This document shows positions 37,757 to 50,800 of a stretch of 64,000 nucleotides of DNA, one piece after another (position 1 is the stretch's first letter; every line of letters begins with the position of its first letter). This DNA comes from Mayamaea pseudoterrestris (Eukaryota), in NCBI GenBank assembly GCA_027923505.1, contig BROI01000011.1:434001-498000 (forward strand), in the 5' to 3' direction. A program made the translations under genes and the position numbers. The notes beneath the pieces are model-generated. The model ran no database searches, was not told the origin of the DNA, and saw only the letters and a program-made list of their open reading frames with translations.

Positions 37757-39778
37757 TAATCAAGCTGCCAAGTTTGTTTTAAGCGAAGCAAAGATCGTCA
37801 CATTGGTGAACCAATCTCGCTTCCCACATTGTGTACTTCGAAGATCGGCTGTCGGTCGCACTAATACAGAGAGGGAAAGTCGTCTGATGTTCCAACTTCA
37901 TCGTTCGTAATAGCGCCATCATTTATTAAGACTGGACTTTAACAGATGACAGTAGAGACACGATTACATCCACCACTTTCCATGTCGGCGCGTGTCAAGA
38001 CGTAACTGCTACCCGAGCCAATCCAGGCAATTCTTTATTCAGAGCAATTGCGGCGACAGTACAATCGCTTTCATAAATAATTCGCTGCGGAATAGGCCCC
38101 TCTGCCTGTGGAGTTAATTACGCGCCTCGGGTGGATGTTACGAGCGTATAGTGCAGGCGCCACTCAGCAGGATGTTGCAATCAGAAGGTCGTGATTCGTA
38201 AAAACATACGTTGCCTCTGTAAAAAGTCAGCTGCGTTAATCCACCTCGTTCGTTGAAATGTTATCACTGCGACCGCGAAGCGTCTGTTTGTCGGTACTGC
38301 TTGCTTGCTGTCATGCACAAGCATCATCCGACATATCGATGTGAGAAAGGCTTTCGTCTTGTCACCGTCGTCGGCAGCAATCGCAATTTAGTAAAGGCCT
38401 TGCGCAGACATGACCAATATACTACGGTGCGAGTGCTTCATCATTATACCTTAAAATTCCACGCAAGGCAGTCACGTTGTGGCTTCCCGACAAAGTCAAC
38501 ATTTGCCATGCCGTACCGGTACGGTTTTTGCATCATGAGCAGCGCCTTATTCGGTATGTGTGAACTCCCAGACGAATCGTATGTCAAGCACACCAACGCC
38601 CCGGCGCACACTGTAGACGTAAAATGCATTGTGCCGAGACTGAAAAGGCATACTCTAACGCGTCGTCAAGAACCTCGCAGCAGTATATACATCGTTCCAA
38701 AATATTGTCAACCGTATCCGAATTCGCCGCGATGTTGGGAACGGGGCGACGGCGACGTAGTTGCCCATTCGTCTTCTAACTGAAGAACCTTAAAACGAGT
38801 ATTTTTTCATCCAATACTCTCCTTGGTCGTCAACTTTGCCTTTGGTAGGCCCTGTCATCATCATTTAAATCGCGCAGCTGGCATCTTCATTGTATTGTAA
38901 CGAAATGTGGTATATTGCTGGATTACCCTTGTTTGGATGCCATGCCATGCAGTTCACTTCTATCGCTTGCATATGTAATGTTGCCAAAAGCGAATGAAAG
39001 ACTACAGCACTGCGATGCGTCAAAACTTCGAAGAATGAATAACGTAAATGGCTGCTATGTTGAGTTTTGCACCATAGGCTTCTGCCGGCTGCTGTCGACA
39101 GATTACATCTCCAAATCAGGACATCTTAAATCGATCGCTTCATTTGGCATCGCGACATCGAGACTGCACAGTGGGAGTATGTGCTCGTTACCCAAGTTGC
39201 GATTGTCAAAGCTGCATACCAATCTGAATTTGCTTCTTGGCAAGCATTGTAGTAGCGATTGGAGCCGCAGTAGCCGTCGTTGTAGATGAGCATATAGGTG
39301 TCGTTCATAGTTCAGCCGTCAAGAAAGTAGCGTATTGCCGCTGTTGGTGCTGCTTAAACCAATTCGGCACATTCGATTTTGTTCAATTCGAAGTTGTTGC
39401 CGACGGAGAGACAAGGCACCATTCACACCTAGCTGCTTTGCGCCATGCCTGCACAGCAATTTGATTCGGCATCCATTATAAAGCAGTCTGTAGCTCGATG
39501 TAGCGACTCATCAGCGCTAGTCCAAATGTTTAGGGCCAGCGGCAAATTTATTGGGTATGGCAAAGAGACGACGCTTTTAACATGATGCTTTGAAAAACGC
39601 GATGAACTAGACCAGGCAATTTTAACGTCAACCATGCAAATTTTGCGAGGCAATATCAGCATCGCCACACCTTTTGCTAAATACGGTGAATCTATTAGTC
39701 TTCCATGTGGCGGCAGCTGCTCCAGCCCACCAGATCTGCAAAACACCGCTAGCGGAACTAGTATGCACTCAAGTGCCT

Positions 39779-39886
39779 TCTTGAAGTAATAGGCTGACGT
39801 TGGCCGCACAACAAGTTTCTCAGCTGTGTTTCTCTTGAAGTAATAGGCTGCCGTTGGACGCACATCAGATTTCGCAGCTGTGTTTT
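39779..39886. repeat. 54-bp imperfect tandem duplication (2 copies)
   Basis: tcttgaagtaataggctg(a/c)cgttgg(c/a)cgcaca...cagctgtgttt occurs twice; TTGAAGTAAT starts at 39781 and 39835. Confidence 0.85.
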
Positions 39887-41835
39887 TTTAACCTTGTTTG
39901 TTGCTCTCGTCCTTTCGCCTGCAGCATGTTATAAGGAAGAAACCGCGTGGCCATAGTTTGCGCCACGGCGAAATCACGCCAGCACTGCAGAACATAATAT
40001 CCAAATCTATAGATCATTGCGACTTCCATAGCATGGGCCAGAAGAACGGAATATAGAGTGCAGAGACGGCATTGTTGTTGGTAAAGCGTGGCGTAGCGGC
40101 GTAACCGCTGGTGCTTTGGCAGTCAACTGTATCCCGACATCAAGTAACATTCGCGCAGCACCCGTCCCAACATGGAAAAAGCATTGCCACTTTGTTTGAT
40201 TGATTCATGCCTCTCCGCTTGTAGCAACGTCAGCGAGTGAAACGTCCTCCACAGTGTAGCAAGCTTGCGCAAACTTGAACTTGGGCGAATCGCTTGCCCC
40301 CAAGACACTGTCGCGCTTGACTTTAGACAGCGACGAGAATGACTGGAGTAAGAAATAGCCATTCTCTCTTGATTCAATGACTTGGATTGCGAGCCGATGT
40401 ATATAAAGGACCGGCAGCGAAGATGGGAAATGATGAGTTGTGAATTGTCGTATTTTCTGTGTTTTGCAACACTCTTCCGTCTTCATCCTCGTTCTGACTT
40501 TTATCGCATCCCATTACATTCACGAACGACATGAGACTAGGCGTCTTGCAATCACTTCCACTGTTTTATTGATACGCAGGGATCTAAAAGGAATGATGTT
40601 TACGCAGCGAACGTTTCTGCACAGCCAGTGCTTGTATAATACTCCGGAAGTACGACGACACTTGTCGTCTTGACTTGCAATCAGGATCGCTGCAAGTCAT
40701 CTATAGCGTTTTTCAGTTCCTACGAGACCTTCAAGGTATTACTCTCCGACGGTGTCGATACAAGATCATGCTGCTTGGTGATGCTCGCACTCGCATTCGT
40801 CGGCTGAAGGCTGATGGCTGAGAGTGTTGTTTGCACGTTGCACCACACGAATTTGATGACGTTTCCAACTTAATGTATACGATCGTCACATCCGGCATAT
40901 ATTACGTGTCGGACAATATTGCATACTTGTACAAGTATCATAGTGATAGTAGCTTTGTGTGAAGTTGATTTTTTGTCGTCGGAGGATGATCGGTCGTTGC
41001 GACAATTTTCTCAGACCCGGTATGACACGAGGAAACATCCGAGACCTTGACGGCTACCCTATGCATACCGGTAAGGTAGCGGTAAATAATAAGAAAAGTT
41101 GACTTTACAACATGAGCAGCTGAGTCTCACTTAGTACTATATATTTTTAACTATACAGGAAACGATGGATCTGCTCTCCCTAGCAAGGGTAAGTGGATCG
41201 CGTTGCAATTACTGGCAGATCCATGATCCATGATCCACGATCCGTTTGCACTTGCTTGTTGCATCTTGCTCTTGATCGCATCTCTCATCCAGATATATAC
41301 ATGAGGCTGCGTTAGTTGTATGAAGTAGTTGTTTATGTATGTATCGGGACGGTACACTGTGCCTTGCAACTGTCGCAGGCACTGCTGCGGCATTAACAGG
41401 CCCAGAGATATTAGGAGTCGATCGTGCATTCATTGGGATAGAAATGGACGCACATGACAAACCCGTACCGGTATATGCAAGACCCCGCCTACCATTGGTT
41501 GGCACAATGTCTTGGATGGCATGGTTTCTGGATGACGAAGTGCAAGGCTGGCGCACGTTTTATTATGTGACCAAAATTACTTAGAATGATGGATGCTTGA
41601 ACGTCGATTTTTCTCCGTTCACTCAAATTTGACACGACTTATCAGCCAATCAATGACTGCGTGACGCCACATTCCTTTCAATGACCGCACCTTTCTATCA
41701 ACGAGGAGCGCCTCGTTAAGCCTCGACGACACGGTCATTCGAGTGGATGACTCCGTCCACCCACTGCTTTGAACTGTCAAAGAAGTTGTGGCCTTGCGCA
41801 TGCACTATCTCCTCTCCAAGCCGATCACCATGACC

Positions 41836-44800
41836 ATGACGAAAAGTTTCATCATCGCGACACTCCTTCTCGGAGCCTCGCAGACGTTCACTGACGGCAA
41901 ACATTTCCCTTCGCCGCATTCCGCTTGGAAAGGTTTGCTCCAAAATCGCGCACCTCGCGAGCGCGCCTCGTCGTTCGGAGCTGGATCAACGAGAAACGTC
42001 TTTTGCCCTCGGTATCCAATCCTGTGTCAGCAAGAGGAGCATGTACTACATTCAACACTAAGTTCGCAGCCAGGAACGCCGTATATCGAGTCTGCAGCTG
42101 GTGATGAATTGAACATTCGTTACAATCGGCGTGCGCCGTCAACCGATAGCACCACGGAGTTAAAGCTTTTCTGTCTTGTTTCAACATGGAATGAAGTAAT
42201 GCATCATCAACAGTGTCGAAGCAACGGAGTGGTGCGCAGATGCAGAAGTGGCTCTTGCCAGGATCGACCGGTGTTTCTACTTTCGAAATGTCGAGACAGG
42301 AGTCGACCGAAAGTGAACGACGGTCAGACACGTGACGGCGTCATGGACAAGAGCAACTACATCATTCAGCAGAAGGGATTGCTGAACACCCGTGATTTAT
42401 TGTACGAATTTAAAGATAAAGCCGACGACAACATTTTCTGCAACACAAAACCAATCGTTGGCCAGAGGAGCGACGATAAGGAGCGTCGCCACTTGGAAAA
42501 AGCTGAACGATGTTTCTACATCCACGTCAGCAATTCAAGAATACGACAACATCACCAAGTAGTTGTTCATGAGCAATGTAATCAAAAGCAAGCATTATTG
42601 GCACCCAAGATAATACAACGTCAACTGCAAGAAACAAGTCCTAGTGCCTTGCCGAGCAAGGTTCCAAGCGCTCAACCAGTGAATGCTCCCAGTGCCTTGC
42701 CGAGCAAGGTTCCAAGCGCTCAACCAGTGAATGCTCCCAGTGCCTTGCCGAGCAAGGTTCCAAGCGCTCAACCAGTGAATGCTCCCAGTGCCTTGCCGAG
42801 CAAGGTTCCAAGCGCTCAACCAGTGGATGCTCCCAGTGCCTTGCCAAGCAAGGTTCCAAGCGCTCAACCAGTGGATGCTCCCAGTGCCTTGCCGAGCAAG
42901 GTTCCAAGCGCTCAACCAGTGAATGCTCCCAGTGCCTTGCCGAGCAAGGTTCCAAGCGCTCAACCAGTGAATGCTCCCAGTGCCTTGCCGAGCAAGGTTC
43001 CAAGCGCTCAACCAGTGAATGCTCCCAGTGCCTTGCCGAGCAAGGTTCCAAGCGCTCAACCAGTGAATGCTCCCAGTGCCTTGCCGAGCAAGGTTCCAAG
43101 CGCTCAACCAGTGAATGCTCCCAGTGCCTTGCCGAGCAAGGTTCCAAGCGCTCAACCAGTGAATGCTCCCAGTGCCTTGCCGAGCAAGATTCCAAGCGCT
43201 CAACCAGTGAATACTCCCAGTGCCTTGCCGAGCAAGGTTCCAAGCGCTCAACCAGTGAATGCTCCCAGTGCCTTGCCGAGCAAGGTTCCAAGCGCTCAAC
43301 CAGTGAATGCTCCCAGTGCCTTGCCGAGCAAGGTTCCAAGCGCTCAACCAGTGAATGCTCCCAGTGCCTTGCCGAGCAAGGTTCCAAGCGCTCAACCAGT
43401 GAATGCTCCCAGTGCCTTGCCAAGCAAGGTTCCAAGCGCTCAACCAGTGAATGCTCCCAGTGCCTTGCCGAGCAAGGTTCCAAGCGCTCAACCAGTTATT
43501 GCTCCCAGTGCCTTGCCGAGCAAGGTTCCAAGCGCTCAACCAGTGAATGCTCCCAGTGCCTTGCCAAGCAAGGTTCCAAGCGCTCAACCAGTGAATGCTC
43601 CCAGTGCCTTGCCGAGCAAGGTTCCAAGCGCTCAACCAGTGAATGCTCCCAGTGCCTTGCCGAGCAAGGTTCCAAGCGCTCAACCAGTGAATGCTCCCAG
43701 TGCCTTGCCGAGCAAGGTTCCAAGCGCTCAACCAGTGAATGCTCCCAGTGCCTTGCCGAGCAAGGTTCCAAGCGCTCAACCAGTGAATGCTCCCAGTGCC
43801 TTGCCGAGCAAGGTTCCAAGCGCTCAACCAGTGAATGTTCCCAGTGCCTTGCCGAGCAAGGTTCCAAGCGCTCAACCAGTGAATGCTCCCAGTGCCTTGC
43901 CGAGCAAGGTTCCAAGCGCTCAACCAGTGAATGCTCCCAGTGCCTTGCCGAGCAAGGTTCCAAGCGCTCAACCAGTGAATGCTCCCAGTGCCTTGCCGAG
44001 CAAGGTTCCAAGCGCTCAACCAGTGAATGCTCCCAGTGCCTTGCCAAGCAAGGTTCCAAGCGCTCAACCAGTGAATGCTCCCAGTGCCTTGCCGAGCAAG
44101 GTTCCAAGCGCACAACCAGTGAATGCTCCCAGTGCCTTGCCGAGCAAGGTTCCAAGCGCTCAACCAGTGAATGCTCCCAGTGCCTTGCCGAGCAAGGTTC
44201 CAAGCGCTCAACCAGTGAATGCTCCCAGTGCCTTGCCGAGCAAGGTTCCAAGCGCTCAACCAGTGAATGCTCCCAGTGCCTTGCCGAGCAAGGTTCCAAG
44301 CGCTCAACCAGTGAATGCTCCCAGTGCCTTGCCGAGCAAGGTTCCAAGCGCTCAACCAGTGAATGCTCCCAGTGCCTTGCCAAGCAAGGTTCCAAGCGCT
44401 CAACCAGTGAATGCTCCCAGTGCCTTGCCGAGCAAGGTTCCAAGCGCTCAACCAGTGAATGCTCCCAGTGCCTTGCCGAGCAAGGTTCCAAGCGCTCAAC
44501 CAGTGAATGCTCCCAGTGCCTTGCCGAGCAAGGTTCCAAGCGCTCAACCAGTGAATGCTCCCAGTGCCTTGCCGAGCAAGGTTCCAAGCGCTCAACCAGT
44601 GAATGCTCCCAGTGCCTTGCCAAGCAAGGTTCCAAGCGCTCAACCAGTGAATGCTCCCAGTGCCTTGCCGAGCAAGGTTCCAAGCGCTCAACCAGTGAAT
44701 GTTCCCAGTGCCTTGCCGAGCAAGGTTCCAAGCGCTCAACCAGTGAATGCTCCCAGTGCCTTGCCGAGCAAGGTTCCAAGCGCTCAACCAGTGAATGCTC

Positions 44801-47800
44801 CCAGTGCCTTGCCGAGCAAGGTTCCAAGCGCTCAACCAGTGAATGCTCCCAGTGCCTTGCCGAGCAAGGTTCCAAGCGCTCAACCAGTGAATGCTCCCAG
44901 TGCTTTGCCGAGCAAGGTTCCAAGCGCTCAACCAGTGAATGCTCCCAGTGCCTTGCCGAGCAAGGTTCCAAGCGCTCAACCAGTGAATGCTCCCAGTGCC
45001 TTGCCGAGCAAGGTTCCAAGCGCTCAACCAGTGAATGCTCCCAGTGCCTTGCCGAGCAAGGTTCCAAGCGCTCAACCAGTGAATGCTCCCAGTGCCTTGC
45101 CGAGCAAGGTTCCAAGCGCTCAACCAGTGAATGCTCCCAGTGCCTTGCCGAGCAAGGTTCCAAGCGCTCAACCAGTGAATGCTCCCAGTGCCTTGCCGAG
45201 CAAGGTTCCAAGCGCTCAACCAGTGAATGCTCCCAGTGCCTTGCCGAGCAAGGTTCCAAGCGCTCAACCAGTGAATGCTCCCAGTGCCTTGCCGAGCAAG
45301 GTTCCAAGCGCTCAACCAGTGGATGCTCCCAGTGCCTTGCCGAGCAAGGTTCCAAGCGCTCAACCAGTGGATGCTCCCAGTGCCTTGCCGAGCAAGGTTC
45401 CAAGCGCTCAACCAGTGAATGCCCCCAGTGCCTTGCCGAGCAAGGTTCCAAGCGCTCTACCAGTGAATGCTCCCAATGCCTTGCCGAGCAAGGTTCCAAG
45501 CGCTCAACCAGTGAATGCTCCCAGTGCCTTGCCGAGCAAGGTTCCAAGCGCTCAACCAGCTGTGAATGCTCCCAGTGCCTTGCCGAGCAAGGTTCCAAGC
45601 GCTCAACCAGTGGATGCTCCCAGTGCCTTGCCGAGCAAGGTTCCAAGCGCTCAACCAGTGAATGCTCCCAGTGCCTTGCCGAGCAAGGTTCCAAGCGCTC
45701 AACCAGTGAATGCTCCCAGTGCCTTGCCGAGCAAGGTTCCAAGCGCTCAACCAGTGAATGCTCCCAGTGCCTTGCCGAGCAAGGTTCCAAGCGCTCAACC
45801 AGTGAATGCTCCCAGTGCCTTGCCGAGCAAGGTTCCAAGCGCTCAACCAGTGAATGCTCCCAGTGCCTTGCCGAGCAAGGTTCCAAGCGCTCAACCAGTG
45901 AATGCTCCCAGTGCCTTGCCGAGCAAGGTTCCAAGCGCTCAACCAGTGAATGCTCCCAGTGCCTTGCCGAGCAAGGTTCCAAGCGCTCAACCAGTGAATG
46001 CTCCCAGTGCCTTGCCGAGCAAGGTTCCAAGCGCTCAACCAGTGAATGCTCCCAGTGCCTTGCCGAGCAAGGTTCCAAGCGCTCAACCAGTGAATGCTCC
46101 CAGTGCCTTGCCGAGCAAGGTTCCAAGCGCTCAACCAGTGAATGCTCCCAGTGCCTTGCCGAGCAAGGTTCCAAGCGCTCAACCAGTGAATGCTCCCAGT
46201 GCCTTGCCGAGCAAGGTTCCAAGCGCTCAACCAGTGAATGCTCCCAGTGCCTTGCCGAGCAAGGTTCCAAGCGCTCAACCAGTGGATGCTCCCAGTGCCT
46301 TGCCGAGCAAGGTTCCAAGCGCTCAACCAGTGGATGCTCCCAGTGCCTTGCCGAGCAAGGTTCCAAGCGCTCAACCAGTGAATGCTCCCAGTGCCTTGCC
46401 GAGCAAGGTTCCAAGCGCTCAACCAGTGGATGCTCCCAGTGCCTTGCCGAGCAAGGTTCCAAGCGCTCAACCAGTGAATGCTCCCAGTGCCTTGCCGAGC
46501 AAGGTTCCAAGCGCTCAACCAGTGAATGCTCCCAGTGCCTTGCCGAGCAAGGTTCCAAGCGCTCAACCAGTGAATGCTCCCAGTGCCTTGCCGAGCAAGG
46601 TTCCAAGCGCTCAACCAGTGAATGCTCCCAGTGCCTTGCCGAGCAAGGTTCCAAGCGCTCAACCAGTGAATGCTCCCAGTGCCTTGCCGAGCAAGGTTCC
46701 AAGCGCTCAACCAGTGAATGCTCCCAGTGCCTTGCCGAGCAAGGTTCCAAGCGCTCAACCAGTGAATGCTCCCAGTGCCTTGCCGAGCAAGGTTCCAAGC
46801 GCTCAACCAGTGAATGCTCCCAGTGCCTTGCCGAGCAAGGTTCCAAGCGCTCAACCAGTGAATGCTCCCAGTGCCTTGCCGAGCAAGGTTCCAAGCGCTC
46901 AACCAGTGAATGCTCCCAGTGCCTTGCCGAGCAAGGTTCCAAGCGCTCAACCAGTGAATGCTCCCAGTGCCTTGCCGAGTTTCCAAGCCCAACCAGTGAT
47001 GCCCCAGGTTCCAAGCGCTCAACCAGTGAATGCCCCCAGTGCCTTGCCGAGCAAGGTTCCAAGCGCTCAACCAGTGAATGCCCCCAGTGCCTTGCCGAGC
47101 AAGGTTCCAAGCGCCCAACCAGCCGTGAATGCCCCCAGTGCCTTGCCGAGCAAGGTTCCAAGCGCTCAACCAGCGAATGCTCCCAGTGCCTTGCCGAGCA
47201 AGGTTCCAAGCGCTCAACCAGCGAATGCTCCCAGTGCCTTGCCGAGCAAGGTTCCAAGCGCTCAACCAGTGAATGCTCCCAGTGCCTTGCCGAGCAAGGT
47301 TCCAAGCGCTCAACCAGTGAATGCTCCCAGTGCCTTGCCGAGCAAGGTTCCACGGTTCCAAGCGCTCAACCAGTGAATGCTCCCAGTGCCTTGCCGAGCA
47401 AGGTTCCAAGCGCTCAACCAGTGAATGCTCCCAGTGCCTTGCCGAGCAAGGTTCCAAGCGCTCAACCAGTGAATGCTCCCAGTGCCTTGCCGAGCAAGGT
47501 TCCAAGCGCTCAACCAGTGAATGCTCCCAGTGCCTTGCCGAGCAAGGTTCCAAGCGCTCAACCAGTGAATGCTCCCAGTGCCTTGCCGAGCAAGGTTCCA
47601 AGCGCTCAACCAGTGAATGCTCCCAGTGCCTTGCCGAGCAAGGTTCCAAGCGCTCAACCAGTGAATGCTCCCAGTGCCTTGCCGAGCAAGGTTCCAAGCG
47701 CTCAACCAGTGAATGCTCCCAGTGCCTTGCCGAGCAAGGTTCCAAGCGCTCAACCAGTGAATGCTCCCAGTGCCTTGCCGAGCAAGGTTCCAAGCGCTCA

Positions 47801-50800
47801 ACCAGTGAATGCTCCCAGTGCCTTGCCGAGCAAGGTTCCAAGCGCTCAACCAGTGAATGCTCCCAGTGCCTTGCCGAGCAAGGTTCCAAGCGCTCAACCA
47901 GTGAATGCTCCCAGTGCCTTGCCGAGCAAGGTTCCAAGCGCTCAACCAGTGAATGCTCCCAGTGCCTTGCCGAGCAAGGTTCCAAGCGCTCAACCAGTGA
48001 ATGCTCCCAGTGCCTTGCCGAGCAAGGTTCCAAGCGCTCAACCAGTGAATGCTCCCAGTGCCTTGCCGAGCAAGGTTCCAAGCGCTCAACCAGTGAATGC
48101 TCCCAGTGCCTTGCCAAGCAAGGTTCCAAGCGCTCAACCAGTGAATGCCCCCAGTGCCTTGCCGAGCAAGGTTCCAAGCGCTCAACCAGTGAATGCTCCC
48201 AGTGCCTTGCCAAGCAAGGTTCCAAGCGCTCAACCAGTGAATGCTCCCAGTGCCTTGCCGAGCAAGGTTCCAAGCGCCCAACCAGCCGTGAATGCTCCCA
48301 GTGCCTTGCCGAGCAAGGTTCCAAGCGCCCAACCAGCCGTGAATGCTCCCAGTGCCTTGCCGAGCAAGGTTCCAAGCGCTCAACCAGTGAATGCTCCCAG
48401 TGCCTTGCCGAGCAAGGTTCCAAGCGCTCAACCAGTGAATGCTCCCAGTGCCTTGCCGAGCAAGGTTCCAAGCGCTCAACCAGTGAATGCTCCCAGTGCC
48501 TTGCCGAGCAAGGTTCCAAGCGCTCAACCAGTAAATGCTCCCAGTGCCTTGCCGAGCAAGGTTCCAAGCGCTCAACCAGTGAATGCTCCCAGTGCCTTGC
48601 CGAGCAAGGTTCCAAGCGCTCAACCAGTGAATGCTCCCAGTGCCTTGCCGAGCAAGGTTCCAAGCGCTCAACCAGTGAATGCTCCCAGTGCCTTGCCGAG
48701 CAAGGTTCCAAGCGCTCAACCAGTGAATGCTCCCAGTGCCTTGCCGAGCAAGGTTCCAAGCGCTCAACCAGTGAATGCTCCCAGTGCCTTGCCGAGCAAG
48801 GTTCCAAGCGCTCAACCAGTGAATGCTCCCAGTGCCTTGCCGAGCAAGGTTCCAAGCGCTCAACCAGTGAATGCTCCCAGTGCCTTGCCGAGCAAGGTTC
48901 CAAGCGCTCAACCAGTGAATGCTCCCAGTGCCTTGCCGAGCAAGGTTCCAAGCGCTCAACCAGTGAATGCTCCCAGTGCCTTGCCGAGCAAGGTTCCAAG
49001 CGCTCAACCAGTGAATGCTCCCAGTGCCTTGCCGAGCAAGGTTCCAAGCGCTCAACCAGTGAATGCTCCCAGTGCCTTGCCGAGCAAGGTTCCAAGCGCT
49101 CAACCAGTGAATGCTCCCAGTGCCTTGCCGAGCAAGGTTCCAAGCGCTCAACCAGTGAATGCTCCCAGTGCCTTGCCGAGCAAGGTTCCAAGCGCTCAAC
49201 CAGTGAATGCTCCCAGTGCCTTGCCGAGCAAGGTTCCAAGCGCTCAACCAGTGAATGCTCCCAGTGCCTTGCCGAGCAAGGTTCCAAGCGCTCAACCAGT
49301 GAATGCTCCCAGTGCCTTGCCGAGCAAGGTTCCAAGCGCTCAACCAGTGAATGCTCCCAGTGCCTTGCCGAGCAAGGTTCCAAGCGCTCAACCAGTGAAT
49401 GCTCCCAGTGCCTTGCCGAGCAAGGTTCCAAGCGCTCAACCAGTGAATGCTCCCAGTGCCTTGCCGAGCAAGGTTCCAAGCGCTCAACCAGTGAATGCTC
49501 CCAGTGCCTTGCCGAGCAAGGTTCCAAGCGCTCAACCAGTGAATGCTCCCAGTGCCTTGCCGAGCAAGGTTCCAAGCGCTCAACCAGTGAATGCTCCCAG
49601 TGCCTTGCCGAGCAAGGTTCCAAGCGCTCAACCAGTGAATGCTCCCAGTGCCTTGCCGAGCAAGGTTCCAAGCGCTCAACCAGTGAATGCTCCCAGTGCC
49701 TTGCCGAGCAAGGTTCCAAGCGCTCAACCAGTGAATGCTCCCAGTGCCTTGCCGAGCAAGGTTCCAAGCGCTCAACCAGTGAATGCTCCCAGTGCCTTGC
49801 CGAGCAAGGTTCCAAGCGCTCAACCAGTGAATGCTCCCAGTGCCTTGCCGAGCAAGGTTCCAAGCGCTCAACCAGTGAATGCTCCCAGTGCCTTGCCGAG
49901 CAAGGTTCCAAGCGCTCAACCAGTGAATGCTCCCAGTGCCTTGCCGAGCAAGGTTCCAAGCGCTCAACCAGTGAATGCTCCCAGTGCCTTGCCGAGCAAG
50001 GTTCCAAGCGCTCAACCAGTGAATGCTCCCAGTGCCTTGCCGAGCAAGGTTCCAAGCGCTCAACCAGTGAATGCTCCCAGTGCCTTGCCGAGCAAGGTTC
50101 CAAGCGCTCAACCAGTGAATGCTCCCAGTGCCTTGCCGAGCAAGGTTCCAAGCGCTCAACCAGTGAATGCTCCCAGTGCCTTGCCGAGCAAGGTTCCAAG
50201 CGCTCAACCAGTGAATGCTCCCAGTGCCTTGCCGAGCAAGGTTCCAAGCGCTCAACCAGTGAATGCTCCCAGTGCCTTGCCGAGCAAGGTTCCAAGCGCT
50301 CAACCAGTGAATGCTCCCAGTGCCTTGCCGAGCAAGGTTCCAAGCGCTCAACCAGTGAATGCTCCCAGTGCCTTGCCGAGCAAGGTTCCAAGCGCTCAAC
50401 CAGTGAATGCTCCCAGTGCCTTGCCGAGCAAGGTTCCAAGCGCTCAACCAGTGAATGCTCCCAGTGCCTTGCCGAGCAAGGTTCCAAGCGCTCAACCAGT
50501 GAATGCTCCCAGTGCCTTGCCGAGCAAGGTTCCAAGCGCTCAACCAGTGAATGCTCCCAGTGCCTTGCCGAGCAAGGTTCCAAGCGCTCAACCAGTGAAT
50601 GCTCCCAGTGCCTTGCCGAGCAAGGTTCCAAGCGCTCAACCAGTGAATGCTCCCAGTGCCTTGCCGAGCAAGGTTCCCAGCGCTCAACCAGTGAATGCTC
50701 CCAGTGCCTTGCCGAGCAAGGTTCCCAGCGCTCAACCAGTGAATGCTCCCAGTGCCTTGCCGAGCAAGGTTCCAAGCGCTCAACCAGTGAATGCTCCCAG

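Noticed and set aside
41218..41243. gatccat x3 micro-repeat upstream of gene B
   Set aside because: Too short to distinguish from chance slippage.
33068..41801. Numerous 60-180 aa ORFs in the spacer as intact genes or a transposon
   Set aside because: No recognisable domains, no transposase, RT or integrase motifs, and no terminal repeats seen; many begin at non-ATG codons.
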